A stretch of 64,000 bases of DNA, from assembly GCA_963770835.1 (NCBI GenBank), contig CAVYRH010000016.1, forward strand, positions 1 through 64,000, read 5' to 3'. The translations under genes and the position numbers were made by a program. Shown piece by piece: positions 1 to 9,799 of the stretch. Positions within the stretch are counted from its first letter, which is position 1. Every line of letters starts with the position of its first letter. The notes under the pieces were generated by a model. The model saw nothing but the letters and a program-made list of their open reading frames with translations, had not been told where the DNA came from and did no database searches. The stretch is from an uncultured Pseudomonadota bacterium (GTDB lineage Bacteria > Oederibacteriota > Muellerivitia > Muellerivitales > Muellerivitaceae).

Positions 1-11
1 AAGCAATAAAC

Positions 12-794
12 TTGAAAAAAATTGGAATAGAAATATTGGTAGTGCTGGGACTTATAGTCGCTATATGCATTCCGGCGTATTTGCTCGGGCTTCTCTTTAA
101 CCACTACGCTTTGTTTTCGTCCGTCGACCCCTTTGGGACTACTTGGACAGGAGTATGGATCCTGCAGGCCTCTACATTGGTGGGCGTTCTCGTGACCGCC
201 CTCTATGCGAGCTGGTTGTTCTCACTAAAACCCTGGCAAGGTTTTGAATTCATGGGATTCAAAAAGCCTGATGGGAAACAAATCCTAGTTGCTTTATTGG
301 CTTCCTTGCCGACCGCTTTGAATATGTGGTATGCCCTTCATACAAGTCCTGGCGCGGCTTTGATCCAGAGTTGGGGGCCCCACCTTCTTTTTTCATTTCT
401 TGGTAACGGGGTTGTCGAGGAAGGCCTGTTTCGCGGCTTTTTCTTCCATTATTTCCGAAAGAACCACTCTTTTTGGGGAGCCGCTTTCGGTTCAAGCCTC
501 CTTTGGAGCTTGGCGCATCTGTCAATGTCCAGTGCCTTCGGCTCTTATTGGGTCTCCATGATCTTGGCTCTCGTTTTGGGTTTCCCCTTTGCCTACCTTT
601 TTGAAAAAGGGAAGAATGCCCTTTGGGGCTGTATGCTGGTCCACATGGTTCTTGATTCATCCCAGCTATTCAAAAATCCAGATGGAACCGGTCTTAATTT
701 AGGAAATCTCCAGATTGTAAGTCTTTTGCTCACCATAGCCCTTATTTTTATTCTGCCAAGATGGGTTATGAAATCGGATCGATCAATTCAATGA
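12..794 (+). CDS. CPBP/CAAX-family intramembrane metalloprotease (Abi-like)
   Basis: Multi-TM protein with EEGLFRG, WSLAH and VHMVLD motifs of the CPBP family. Confidence 0.85.
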   Translation: MKKIGIEILVVLGLIVAICIPAYLLGLLFNHYALFSSVDPFGTTWTGVWILQASTLVGVLVTALYASWLFSLKPWQGFEFMGFKKPDGKQILVALLASLPTALNMWYALHTSPGAALIQSWGPHLLFSFLGNGVVEEGLFRGFFFHYFRKNHSFWGAAFGSSLLWSLAHLSMSSAFGSYWVSMILALVLGFPFAYLFEKGKNALWGCMLVHMVLDSSQLFKNPDGTGLNLGNLQIVSLLLTIALIFILPRWVMKSDRSIQ

Positions 795-797
795 TCG

Positions 798-827
798 ATG
801 TCCACGACGGGGACCCGCATTGTACAA
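798..827 (+). repeat. 30-bp palindromic site, copy 1 (ATGTCCACGACGGGGACCCGCATTGTACAA)
   Basis: Matches consensus TTGTCCACGACGGGGACCCGTCGTGGACAA; 3 nt after the protease stop, between convergent genes. Confidence 0.85.
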
Positions 828-837
828 AGAAAAAACA

Positions 838-1473
838 TCAATGAAATTTATTGGCGGAAGGGCACCACTTGGCCAGGGTACAAACATTACATAATGGTTT
901 TCTTGCGTCGCAAACCTTGCGGCCGTGCTGGATCAGGCGGTGGGAGAAGTGAAGCCACTCTTCCTTGGGGACGATCTTCATTAAGTCCTGTTCGATTTTG
1001 ACGGCGTCCTGGTGCCGGGTCCATCCCAATCGGTTACTGAGCCGGGTAACGTGGGTATCCACGGTGATCCCTTCCGAGATGCCGTAAACCTCTCCCAGTA
1101 CCACATTGGCGGTCTTGCGGCCCACACCCGGGATCTTCACCATTTCTTCGATGGTCTTCGGCATCTTCCCTTTATATAAACCCAATAAGGCCTGGGCGGC
1201 GCCCAGAAGGTTTTTGGCCTTGTTGTGGTAAAAGCCGGTGGACTTGATGATTTTTTCGATGTCCTTGATCTTGGCGCGCGCCAATTTTTCGGGAGTGGGG
1301 AAGACCTTGAAAAGTTCGGGGGCTACCATGTTCACGCGCTCGTCCGTGCATTGGGCCGACAGGATGACGGCGCACATCAATTGGAAGGGTGTTTGGTAGC
1401 GCAGGAAGCAGCGGGTGTCGGGGTAGAGGCGCTGGAGTTCCTTGATGATTTTGGATGTGTTCGGATTCGGCAA
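838..1473 (-). CDS. nth: Endonuclease III
   Basis: ILSAQCTDERVN, HhH motif IPGVGRKTANVV, VDTHV, Fe-S motif CDARKPLCNVC..C; TTG start at 1473 inferred. Confidence 0.95.
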   Translation of the reverse strand: MPNPNTSKIIKELQRLYPDTRCFLRYQTPFQLMCAVILSAQCTDERVNMVAPELFKVFPTPEKLARAKIKDIEKIIKSTGFYHNKAKNLLGAAQALLGLYKGKMPKTIEEMVKIPGVGRKTANVVLGEVYGISEGITVDTHVTRLSNRLGWTRHQDAVKIEQDLMKIVPKEEWLHFSHRLIQHGRKVCDARKPLCNVCTLAKWCPSANKFH

Positions 1474-1488
1474 CGAAAACCTCTTTAT

Positions 1489-1572
1489 CCACGGATGAAC
1501 ACGGATAAACACGGATGGGAAAAAGAAATATAATCTTCGGGGTTATCCGAGTTAATCCGTGTGCATCCGTGG
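1489..1572. repeat. Intergenic palindromic element of ~10-bp periodic units (CACGGAT.../ATCCGTG)
   Basis: ccacggatgaacacggataaacacggat ... atccgagttaatccgtgtgcatccgtgg. Confidence 0.7.
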
Positions 1573-1667
1573 CAAAATTGTTTGGCCGTTGGCTTGGAAA
1601 ACACCGAGCGGCTACTTATGATAACGTCCCAGCTTGGGGAATCAACGAGTAAGGAAATTCAACGCTC

Positions 1668-2645
1668 ATGCCCATCATCGAGGTCGAGAACCTTTCCAAA
1701 ATCTACCGCACCCAAAAACGCATGCCGGGGTTGGCCGGCGCGGTGCAGGGGCTCTTCAACCGCCAGTTCACCGAAGTTCGGGCGGTGGACGGGGTTTCCT
1801 TCAACATCGAGGAAGGGGAACTGGTGGGGTTCCTGGGGCCCAACGGGGCGGGGAAGACCACGACGCTCAAGATGCTTTCCGGCATCCTTTACCCCACTTC
1901 CGGCACCGCCAAGGTCATGGGGTTCATCCCCTCCGAGCGCAAAAACGAGTACCGCCGCCAATTCGCCCTGGTGATGGGCCAAAAGAACCAGCTTTGGTGG
2001 GACCTGCCGGCCCAGGAATCCCTGTTCCTCAACAAGGAAATCTACGGTGTTTCGGACGGGGATTACAAGGAAACCTTGGATGAAATGACCGAGCTCCTGC
2101 AGGTGAAACGCCTCCTGGGGATCATGGTCCGGGAGCTTTCGCTGGGCGAGCGCATGAAATTCGAATTGATCGCCTGCCTGCTTCACCGGCCCCGGGTGCT
2201 GCTTTTGGACGAACCCACCATCGGGCTGGATGTGGTGGCCCAAAAGAACATCCGGGAATTCATCAAGGACTACAACCGGCGCACCAAAACCACCATCCTC
2301 TTGACCAGCCATTACATGAACGACATCCAGGCCCTTTGCGAGCGGGTGGTGGTCATCAACCACGGCAAGAAGATCTTCGACGGGCGCCTGGACGACGTGG
2401 TGGAGAAGTTTTCCCAAACCAAGCTCATCACCATCACCTTCAAGAACGGGGGGGTCTCCCCGGAACAATTGGCGGCCTTGGGGCAAGTGCTGGAAAACAC
2501 CAAGGTCAAGGCGGTCCTCAAGGTGCCCCGGGAGGAAGTTAAAAAAGCCTCCAACGAGATCCTGCACCGGTTTGACGTGGATGACATCAACATCGAGGAA
2601 GTGCCGATCGAGGAAGTGATCGAGAAGGTGTTTAAAGGCGGTTGA
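1668..2645 (+). CDS. ABC transporter ATP-binding protein
   Basis: Walker A GPNGAGKTT, LSLGERMK signature, LLLDEPT. Confidence 0.95.
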   Translation: MPIIEVENLSKIYRTQKRMPGLAGAVQGLFNRQFTEVRAVDGVSFNIEEGELVGFLGPNGAGKTTTLKMLSGILYPTSGTAKVMGFIPSERKNEYRRQFALVMGQKNQLWWDLPAQESLFLNKEIYGVSDGDYKETLDEMTELLQVKRLLGIMVRELSLGERMKFELIACLLHRPRVLLLDEPTIGLDVVAQKNIREFIKDYNRRTKTTILLTSHYMNDIQALCERVVVINHGKKIFDGRLDDVVEKFSQTKLITITFKNGGVSPEQLAALGQVLENTKVKAVLKVPREEVKKASNEILHRFDVDDINIEEVPIEEVIEKVFKGG

Positions 2646-2706
2646 CAGCCGGCAGTCCGCAGCCAGCCGGCCGCCGGTAATGCCTTTCCTGCCGACTGTC
2701 GACTGG

Positions 2707-2862
2707 GTGGTGACTCAGTTTGAGTTGAACAACCTTAAGGCACCCCTCACCCTACCCTCTCCCCCAAGGGGCGAGGGTTTTTAGTGGTTTTTCCCCTCTC
2801 CCTTGAGGGGAGAGGGCGGGGTGAGGGTGGAGTAACATTTTCTTTTCAAACTGATGCACTAC
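2707..2862. mobile_element. MITE-like element carrying a REP-like CCCTCACCC...GGGTGAGGG palindrome, inserted in a GTCGACT heptamer tract
   Basis: Imperfect terminal inverted repeats GTGGTGACTCAGTTTGA / TCAAACTGATGCACTAC; related inverted copy ends at 7456. Confidence 0.6.
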
Positions 2863-2906
2863 CGTCGACCGCGAACTGTCGACTAACTTTGATAGGTTAA
2901 AACAAA

Positions 2907-3767
2907 ATGACAACTTCGATTTCGACAACCGCGGTTAAACCAAAGTCGCCCTTCCACAAATACTGGGTCATCCTTTCCACCCGCACCCAGGAGGACATGG
3001 TCTACCGCGCCAACTACGTCTTCGGGGCCATTTTCAGGTTCCTCCCCCTCGTCACCATGATTTTCCTCTGGTGGGCCGTTTACGCCGGGCGCAAGGCGGC
3101 GGGCGCGTCCCCCCTGATCGGCGGCATGAGTTACGAGGATATGGTGGTCTACAACACCCTGATGTACGTCGCCCGGGGTTTTTCCAGCGTCCCCGGCACC
3201 ATGAGCGACGTCAGCAAGGACATCAAGGACGGGCTGCTGAACCGCTATCTCATTAAACCCATGAATTATTTCGGGTACCAGGTGATGTACCGGCTGGCCC
3301 ACAAGCTGGTTTTCTGGTACATCGCCCTTTTCACCTTTCCGCCCATCTTTTTCCTGATGCGCCACTATTTCAGCCACATGCCGACCCTTTGGGAGTGGCT
3401 GGCCTTCGTGGTCTCCCTTTTCATCGCTTTTTGCATCGGCATTCAATTTTGCCTGATCATCGGCACCCTGGCCTTCTGGTTTTTGGAGATCTCGGGATTC
3501 CTTTTCGTGGTGATGATGATGGAGTTTTTCATGTCGGGACAATTGATCCCCTTGAATATCCTTCCCCAGTCCCTTCACGGTATTTTGTTTTTATCGCCTT
3601 TCGGGTACGAAGGCTATTGGCCCTGCGTGATCCTGATGGGCAAGGTGCCCCCGGAACAACTGCTTCCAGTGTTGGGGCGGGGATTCTTATGGATGGCGGT
3701 TTTTTACGGCATCTGCCAAGTGATGTGGAAGATGGGGTTGAAACGCTATTCGGCGGTGGGGGGATAA
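2907..3767 (+). CDS. ABC-2 family permease (DUF990-like)
   Basis: Multi-TM, IKDGLLNRYLIKP motif, follows the ATPase. Confidence 0.85.
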   Translation: MTTSISTTAVKPKSPFHKYWVILSTRTQEDMVYRANYVFGAIFRFLPLVTMIFLWWAVYAGRKAAGASPLIGGMSYEDMVVYNTLMYVARGFSSVPGTMSDVSKDIKDGLLNRYLIKPMNYFGYQVMYRLAHKLVFWYIALFTFPPIFFLMRHYFSHMPTLWEWLAFVVSLFIAFCIGIQFCLIIGTLAFWFLEISGFLFVVMMMEFFMSGQLIPLNILPQSLHGILFLSPFGYEGYWPCVILMGKVPPEQLLPVLGRGFLWMAVFYGICQVMWKMGLKRYSAVGG

Positions 3768-3769
3768 AG

Positions 3770-3855
3770 GCAGTCGGCGGTCGACAGCTCGCAGTCGGCA
3801 GGAAAGACTTTAAGGATTAGCTGTCGACAGTCGACTGTCGACTGTGGACTGTTGA
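3770..3855. repeat. Heptamer-periodic palindromic intergenic repeat (CAGTCGA/TCGACTG)
   Basis: gtcgacag tcgactg tcgactg tggactg; related tracts near 2645-2700, 8340 and 20044. Confidence 0.65.
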
Positions 3856-3880
3856 TCAAAGGTGATTCCGGGGGAAACGA

Positions 3881-4681
3881 ATGTTTAAACAACTCAGCCG
3901 TTACGCGAGGTTGACCGGCCTGATGATGAAGAACTGCTTCGTGCGGGAAATGCAGTTTAAGGCCAATTTCGTGGTGCGCTTTTTCACCGAGCTCATGTGG
4001 CTGGTGATGCAGTTCATCTACATCGAAGTCATGTACGGCCAGACCGGAGAGATCGCGGGGTGGAGCAAATGGGAGATGGTCGTCCTGATGGGCACCAATT
4101 ACGTCATCGCCCAGCTTTTCGAGGCGCTTTTTTACGACAATTGCATGCGCCTGATCGACCAGATCCGCCAGGGCGACCTGGATTTCAACCTCGTCAAACC
4201 CATCAACACCCAGTTCCTCGTCTCCCTGCGCTATACCGACTACGCCGCCATCGTCAACGCCACTGTCGGGTTGGCCGTGGTTTTGTTCGGCTTGGGCAAA
4301 ATGGGGATAGGGGTGAGCCTGGGGAGCGCGCTGCTTTTCGCCGTGCTCGTGGTGAACAGCGTCCTTATTTATTACGCCATCCTTTTTGTGCTGTCCACTT
4401 GGACCTTTTGGATCGGCCGGTCCAACAACCTCATGGAACTTTACTGGCAGTTCGGCCAATTTTCCCGCTACCCCGGCGATATTTATCCATGGCTCTTGCG
4501 GGGATTGCTTTTGACCCTGATTCCCATGCTGGTGGTTTCCAATTTTCCGGCGGGGGTCTTGATCCATAAACTTCAAAGCGCTTGGGTATTTTACGGCTTC
4601 GCCATCGGGGCGCTTTTCCTGGCCTTTACGGCCTGGGTTTGGCAGGCGGGGTTGAAACGCTACCGCAGCGCTTCATCCTGA
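3881..4681 (+). CDS. ABC-2 family permease (DUF990-like)
   Basis: IRQGDLDFNLVKP, FSRYPGDIY, C-terminal GLKRYRSASS. Confidence 0.85.
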   Translation: MFKQLSRYARLTGLMMKNCFVREMQFKANFVVRFFTELMWLVMQFIYIEVMYGQTGEIAGWSKWEMVVLMGTNYVIAQLFEALFYDNCMRLIDQIRQGDLDFNLVKPINTQFLVSLRYTDYAAIVNATVGLAVVLFGLGKMGIGVSLGSALLFAVLVVNSVLIYYAILFVLSTWTFWIGRSNNLMELYWQFGQFSRYPGDIYPWLLRGLLLTLIPMLVVSNFPAGVLIHKLQSAWVFYGFAIGALFLAFTAWVWQAGLKRYRSASS

Positions 4682-4938
4682 AGCGAGGTTTAAGTTTTAC
4701 GCAGTTTTCCATTTGAGTGGGGCCTTCGGCCCCAAAACGTAAACTGCGTCACCCTCATTACCTTGGTCGGGCTTTGCCCGAAATTAAATAGGATGAATGA
4801 GGGTAAGTTATGAGTTTTTAGTTTTGAGTTAAGGAATGTTTTTCCGCCTTTCGGCGGAAAAACTGCCAAAACTCAACACTCAAAACTTAGAACTCAAAAC
4901 TGTTTGACCCTTTTTGGGGTCAAACATAGAATGTCGCC

Positions 4939-7209
4939 ATGCCCGAGCCCCAAGCCAAGGAAGTCAAGGTCCATTACAGTAAGGTAACCGCCGCCTTGAT
5001 GTCCGCCGGCGTCGTCTTGTTCCTTTTCGCCTGCAACGGGTTCAATGTCCCGCTGTTCCAAGCCCTTGAAAACAAAGCCATCGATTTCCGGTTCAACATC
5101 CGGGGAACCCGGGCGCCCCAAGCCCCCGTGAAGCTGATCGTGGTCGATGATAAAAGCCTGAAGGAAGTCGGCCAATGGCCCTGGCCCCGGTCTCTCCACG
5201 CCCAAATCATCCGCCAGCTCAAGGCCGATGGCGTGAAGGACGTCTTTTATGACGTCTTTTTCCCCGAACCGGAACGAACCCAGGAAAAGATGCTGGCCCA
5301 GTTGGATGAGGTTTTGAATTCGACGATCAAGGGTTCCTCCAAAACGGCCAATTCCATCCGGGAAAAGGTCAAGGCGGACGTCGAGAAATTCAAGGAAACC
5401 CAAAACGGCGACGCCCAATTGGCGCAAGCCATGAAGGACGCCCATAATGTATTTCTTTTGATCGAGCCCTTCTTCGGGGTGGACGCCGAGAAGGGAAGCG
5501 CCCCCGAAGTGGACAGCCTTCATATGACCCCGGCCGTGCTTTTCAAGGGCTTTTCCGATGATTTTCCCTCCGCCGATTCCTTGTTGATTTCCATCCAGGC
5601 GCTCCAACAAAACGTCCTGGACTCGGGCCATACCCGCCTTTTCCCCTATGCCGACGGTATTTACCGTTACTACCCCACGGTCATCAATTACAAGGGAAAG
5701 CTGATCCCGCACGAGTCGCTCCAAGTCGCCCGTTACTTCCTGGGTGACAAGAACCCCGTCAAGGTCATCGAGGGCGAACGCATCGAGATCGCCGGCCGGA
5801 AAATACCGATTACCGACAACGGGTTCACCCAGATCAATTTTTGCGGCCCTTATGTCGATTTAAAGACGGGCAAGACAACCTTTCCCGCTTATTCCGCCTG
5901 CGACTTCCTGGACGGCAAGGTGCCCGCGGCCGAATTGAAGGACTCGGTGGTGGTTTTTGGGGTCACGGCGGCGGGGCTTTTTGACCTTCGTCCCACCCCC
6001 TTCAGCCACAACGCGCCCGGCATGGATATCAACGCCAATATCCTGGAGAACGTCCTTTCGGGGAATTTCATCACCCTGGCTCCCGATTACTTAAAGTTCA
6101 TCCTCATCATCATTGCGGCCATGCTCATGTGGTTCCTCATTCCCCGGCTGACCCCCATCCAAGGAACGATTTGGTTCCTCCTCTCCTTTGCCATCTTTAC
6201 CGTCTTGGCCTGCGTATTGTTCGGGGAATTCAACTTGGTCATTAATATGACCTATCCCTGCTCGGCGCTTATTTTGACCTTCCTGCTGCTGACCACTTAC
6301 AAATTCCGCACCGAGGTCCGGCACAGCCGCTACATCAAGCAGATGTTCCAAAGCATGGTGACGGCTTCGGTCGTTGAGGAAATCCTGAAGCTGCCCGCCG
6401 GCATCGAGCTGGGGGGCGAGGAAAAGGAATTGACGGTCATGTTCTCCGACGTCCGCAGCTTCACCACCTTCTCCGAGAAGCACACGCCGCACGAGGTGGT
6501 CGAAATCCTCAACGAATACCTCACCCAGATGACCCACCTCGTCTTCCAAACCGAGGGAACCCTGGACAAGTACATCGGCGACGCCATCATGGCCTTCTGG
6601 GGGGCGCCCACGGCCCAGCAAGACCACGCCTACCGGGCCTGCAGTACGGCCCTGGGGATGGTGGACCTGCTCCACACGGTGCTCCACCCCAAATGGGAAT
6701 TGGAGGGAAAGGAGAAACTGCAAATCGGCGTGGGCCTGAACACCGGGCCCATGGTCGTGGGCTTCGTCGGCTCCGAGTCCATCAAGAATTACACGCTGAT
6801 CGGAGACGCGGTGAACCTGGGAAGCCGCCTGGAAGGCACGACCAAGGAATACCACGTGGAAATCATCATCGCCGAAAGCACCTATGAGCACGTGAAAAAC
6901 GACATGCTTTGCCGTGAGCTGGACCTGATCAAGGTGAAGGGGAAGAACGAGCCCATCCGCATTTACGAATTGGTGGACCACCGGTTGAGGGGCGCGGGCG
7001 CGAAGGAAATGAAGGTGAAGGTTTTCGAGGAGGGGTTGGGCCTGTACCGCAACCAGAAGTGGGACGAGGCCGTCCATTGCTTCAAGAACTGCCTCGAACT
7101 GGACCCCAAGGACGGACCCGCCCAGATCTTCATTGAACGCTGCGACTTGCTGAAAAAGCAGAATCTCCCCGCCGATTGGGACGGCGTTTTCGTGATGAAG
7201 ACGAAGTAG
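4939..7209 (+). CDS. CHASE2-domain adenylate/guanylate cyclase
   Basis: CHASE2 GQWPWPR, three TMs, class III cyclase motifs MFSDVRSFT, DKYIGDAIMAFWGAP, GDAVNLGSRLEG. Confidence 0.95.
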   Translation: MPEPQAKEVKVHYSKVTAALMSAGVVLFLFACNGFNVPLFQALENKAIDFRFNIRGTRAPQAPVKLIVVDDKSLKEVGQWPWPRSLHAQIIRQLKADGVKDVFYDVFFPEPERTQEKMLAQLDEVLNSTIKGSSKTANSIREKVKADVEKFKETQNGDAQLAQAMKDAHNVFLLIEPFFGVDAEKGSAPEVDSLHMTPAVLFKGFSDDFPSADSLLISIQALQQNVLDSGHTRLFPYADGIYRYYPTVINYKGKLIPHESLQVARYFLGDKNPVKVIEGERIEIAGRKIPITDNGFTQINFCGPYVDLKTGKTTFPAYSACDFLDGKVPAAELKDSVVVFGVTAAGLFDLRPTPFSHNAPGMDINANILENVLSGNFITLAPDYLKFILIIIAAMLMWFLIPRLTPIQGTIWFLLSFAIFTVLACVLFGEFNLVINMTYPCSALILTFLLLTTYKFRTEVRHSRYIKQMFQSMVTASVVEEILKLPAGIELGGEEKELTVMFSDVRSFTTFSEKHTPHEVVEILNEYLTQMTHLVFQTEGTLDKYIGDAIMAFWGAPTAQQDHAYRACSTALGMVDLLHTVLHPKWELEGKEKLQIGVGLNTGPMVVGFVGSESIKNYTLIGDAVNLGSRLEGTTKEYHVEIIIAESTYEHVKNDMLCRELDLIKVKGKNEPIRIYELVDHRLRGAGAKEMKVKVFEEGLGLYRNQKWDEAVHCFKNCLELDPKDGPAQIFIERCDLLKKQNLPADWDGVFVMKTK

Positions 7210-7456
7210 TAACCCGACTTTGGCAAAAAAACCTCGCCACCTGGGGGAGAGGGTAGGGTGAGGGGTGCGACGCCAAGTAAAATCACCCTCACCCCGCCCA
7301 TCTCCCTAACGGCGCTCATAGGGAAGATCCCCTATGTACCCTCAAAACCAAAGCCTCAAGGGAGAGGGGGAAACAGCACTAAAAACCCTCGCCCCTTGGG
7401 GGAGAGGGTAGGGTGAGGGGTGCCTTAAGGTCGTCCAATTCAAACTGATGCACTAC
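7206..7456. mobile_element. Second MITE/REP-like element related to 2707-2862
   Basis: 7377-7430 is the reverse complement of part of the first element; same TCAAACTGATGCACTAC end; left end uncertain. Confidence 0.55.
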
Positions 7457-7498
7457 CAAACACCTTTGTTTTCACACCTTTTTTAATTTTGGGATAAA

Positions 7499-8335
7499 AT
7501 GCATCCACTGTTCGATGGCCTTAAGCGGAATCCAATTCCACCCGGGATGGTGCCAATCTTGAAGCCGATTTATTTAATTTTACCCCTTCTTTTGGCCGTC
7601 CTGCTTACCGGCACGGCTGTTTTCGCGGCCACCCCCTCAAAACCCACCCAGGGTTTGTTCACCTCCGTCAGCGGTACTGTGAAGGTCACGTCGAAATCGG
7701 GGGCTAAGACCCGCACGGCCCAAAAGGACTCCACGGTGGTGGAAGGGGAACAGATCGTCACCGGTAAGAATTCCGAAGCCACCCTCCATTTTTTCGACGG
7801 CTCCGATTTGAACATCAGCCCCGGCACCAAATTGGTGCTCACCAAAATGCAGAAATCCCCCACCCTGGACAAGATCCTGCTGTTCAAGCTTTTCGTGGGG
7901 AACCTTCTCGCCAAGGTCCAGAAACTGGCCACCTCGAAGTCCTCCTTTGAGATCGAGGCGGGCGGCGTGGTTTGCGGCGTGCGGGGGACACAATTCGATT
8001 ATTCCTATGATCCCGCCAACCAAAAAGTGACGGTCAAGGTGGACGATGGCAAGGTTTGGGTTGACGTGAACAAAAATACCTATGTTTTCATCGGGGGCCA
8101 AAAGGGCATCTTCCTCAATGGGATTCCGGACCCCACGAACCCCGGGCAGGCCCCCAAGGGCGGCAAACCAACCAGCGGTAATCCGACCGGGCTTGGCAGC
8201 CTGGACGACTTGAACCAGCAATTCGGAAACGGCCTGGCGGTCAACGGGGACAACAACTTCACCAACCCCGGTGTGGAGGGCTCCCTGCGCGTCAACGTCC
8301 GCGTCAACGTTTCGCCGCCGGAGACCGTTCCTTGA
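7499..8335 (+). CDS. FecR-domain exported protein
   Basis: Signal peptide, FFDGSDLNISPGT and FEIEAGGVVCGVRGTQF motifs; start uncertain. Confidence 0.85.
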   Translation: MHPLFDGLKRNPIPPGMVPILKPIYLILPLLLAVLLTGTAVFAATPSKPTQGLFTSVSGTVKVTSKSGAKTRTAQKDSTVVEGEQIVTGKNSEATLHFFDGSDLNISPGTKLVLTKMQKSPTLDKILLFKLFVGNLLAKVQKLATSKSSFEIEAGGVVCGVRGTQFDYSYDPANQKVTVKVDDGKVWVDVNKNTYVFIGGQKGIFLNGIPDPTNPGQAPKGGKPTSGNPTGLGSLDDLNQQFGNGLAVNGDNNFTNPGVEGSLRVNVRVNVSPPETVP

Positions 8336-8670
8336 ACAAAGACAGCTCACAGTTCACAGTCAGCGGTTCGCGGCAACGGTTTTCAATTCAAAATTCCATG
8401 CCTATCCGCAAAGCGAATGTTGCCTTAGGCCTAAAGCCCTCGCCCCTTGGCCGTGGTTTTGAGGGAGTTCGGTCTACGGGGTCCATGGGGGATTCTCCCC
8501 ATGAGTCCGTTGTACACACGGGGCTCTCCCCTGTGAGAGCTGTTGGGGAGATGGGTAGGGTGAGGGTGCCGTTGATGACGACTTTTAAAAACCATTCAAA
8601 TCACCCTCATCCCAACCTTCTTCCCTCGAGGGAGAAGGGGAAAATCGCAAGATGCGCTTTGCGGATAGGC

Positions 8671-9786
8671 ATGCGAAATTCCGTTTGGCTCATTCTTTTC
8701 CTCTTGGTGAGCCAAACGGTTTGCGCGGGGCAGTTGAGCCTGGGGGGCGAGTTTGTGGGATGGAGCGCGAACTACCAGGCGCCGGCCAACGATAGTGGAT
8801 ATGAATGGTGGGCCCCTTTGTCGGTCAACTTCAAGCTCGATCCGGACTTCAGCGTTTACGGGCAAACCGAGTTCGGCAGCGGCAGTTATACCGATCCGAT
8901 TTCCGGAACCGCCAACCTAACGGATTTTTCCGACACCGTCATCGGCGGGGAGCTTCATTTCCAAAGTTTCGCCCTTCCGTCGATGCTGAGCATCGGCCTC
9001 AACCTGCCCACGGGCGACCCCACATGGGAAACCAAGCAGATCACCGCCAGCATCCCCACCGAATTAGTGGACAGCCGCTACCGGGGCCGGGGTTTTGGTA
9101 CCAGCGCCTTCTATGGCTTGTCCTTTCCTTCGGGCGGAGGGGAATTCGGCGCCGCTGCGGGTTACATGTACGCCGGGGCCTTTAATCCCAGCTATGGCGG
9201 GGCGCCCATCAACAATTTGAAGATCGGCGATTCGGCTTTTCTCGCCCTCAACCACGTCCAGCCCTCTACGGGAAACCAAAGCGAAATCATCCGCCTCTCG
9301 GCTTATTATTCGCTTCCGAGCCAGAACGCCGGACAGAACCTTTACCAGCTCGGCGCCAATTTCAACGCTTCTTACAGCTGGTCGAACCCCTCGGCCCTTT
9401 CTTTTGAGGTGGGCGCCCAGTACTGGATGGCGGGCCAAATCGCCGGCTCCACCGGCAATTGGACCCCTGAATCCAACGCCTACTTTGGACCCCGCCTTTA
9501 TTTTGATCCTTCCTACTCTTTCGGGGATTTCAACGTCGCGGGCCGCCTGAAATACGTGCTGGCCAACGGCAATTCCCAAGGCAGTCCCTATTACGACGGC
9601 GGTGGATTTTTGGGGGGGATCGAGCCTTCTTACAAGCTGGGTTTGGATGCTTCTTCGGATATCAAAGTCTACGGTTCTTTTGATTATGTGGCCTGGCTTA
9701 ACGGCGCTTTTGACATTAACAACAACCGCACGAATGTGATTTATAATCTGTGGACGTTCGGCGCCACCTACGAAGTCAAATTATGA
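8671..9786 (+). CDS. Putative outer-membrane beta-barrel protein
   Basis: Signal peptide MRNSVWLILFLLVSQTVCA, aromatic/Gly-rich strands, terminal FGATYEVKL; the upstream ORF extension is repeat DNA. Confidence 0.6.
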   Translation: MRNSVWLILFLLVSQTVCAGQLSLGGEFVGWSANYQAPANDSGYEWWAPLSVNFKLDPDFSVYGQTEFGSGSYTDPISGTANLTDFSDTVIGGELHFQSFALPSMLSIGLNLPTGDPTWETKQITASIPTELVDSRYRGRGFGTSAFYGLSFPSGGGEFGAAAGYMYAGAFNPSYGGAPINNLKIGDSAFLALNHVQPSTGNQSEIIRLSAYYSLPSQNAGQNLYQLGANFNASYSWSNPSALSFEVGAQYWMAGQIAGSTGNWTPESNAYFGPRLYFDPSYSFGDFNVAGRLKYVLANGNSQGSPYYDGGGFLGGIEPSYKLGLDASSDIKVYGSFDYVAWLNGAFDINNNRTNVIYNLWTFGATYEVKL

Positions 9787-9799
9787 GGACCGGTAGGCC

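Noticed and set aside
6091..7077. Long antisense ORFs (also 1659-2567, 53437-54426, 59332-60153)
   Set aside because: Shadow frames of GC-rich genes on the opposite strand.
8332..8670. N-terminal 113 aa of the barrel ORF
   Set aside because: Translation of heptamer and REP-like repeat DNA.
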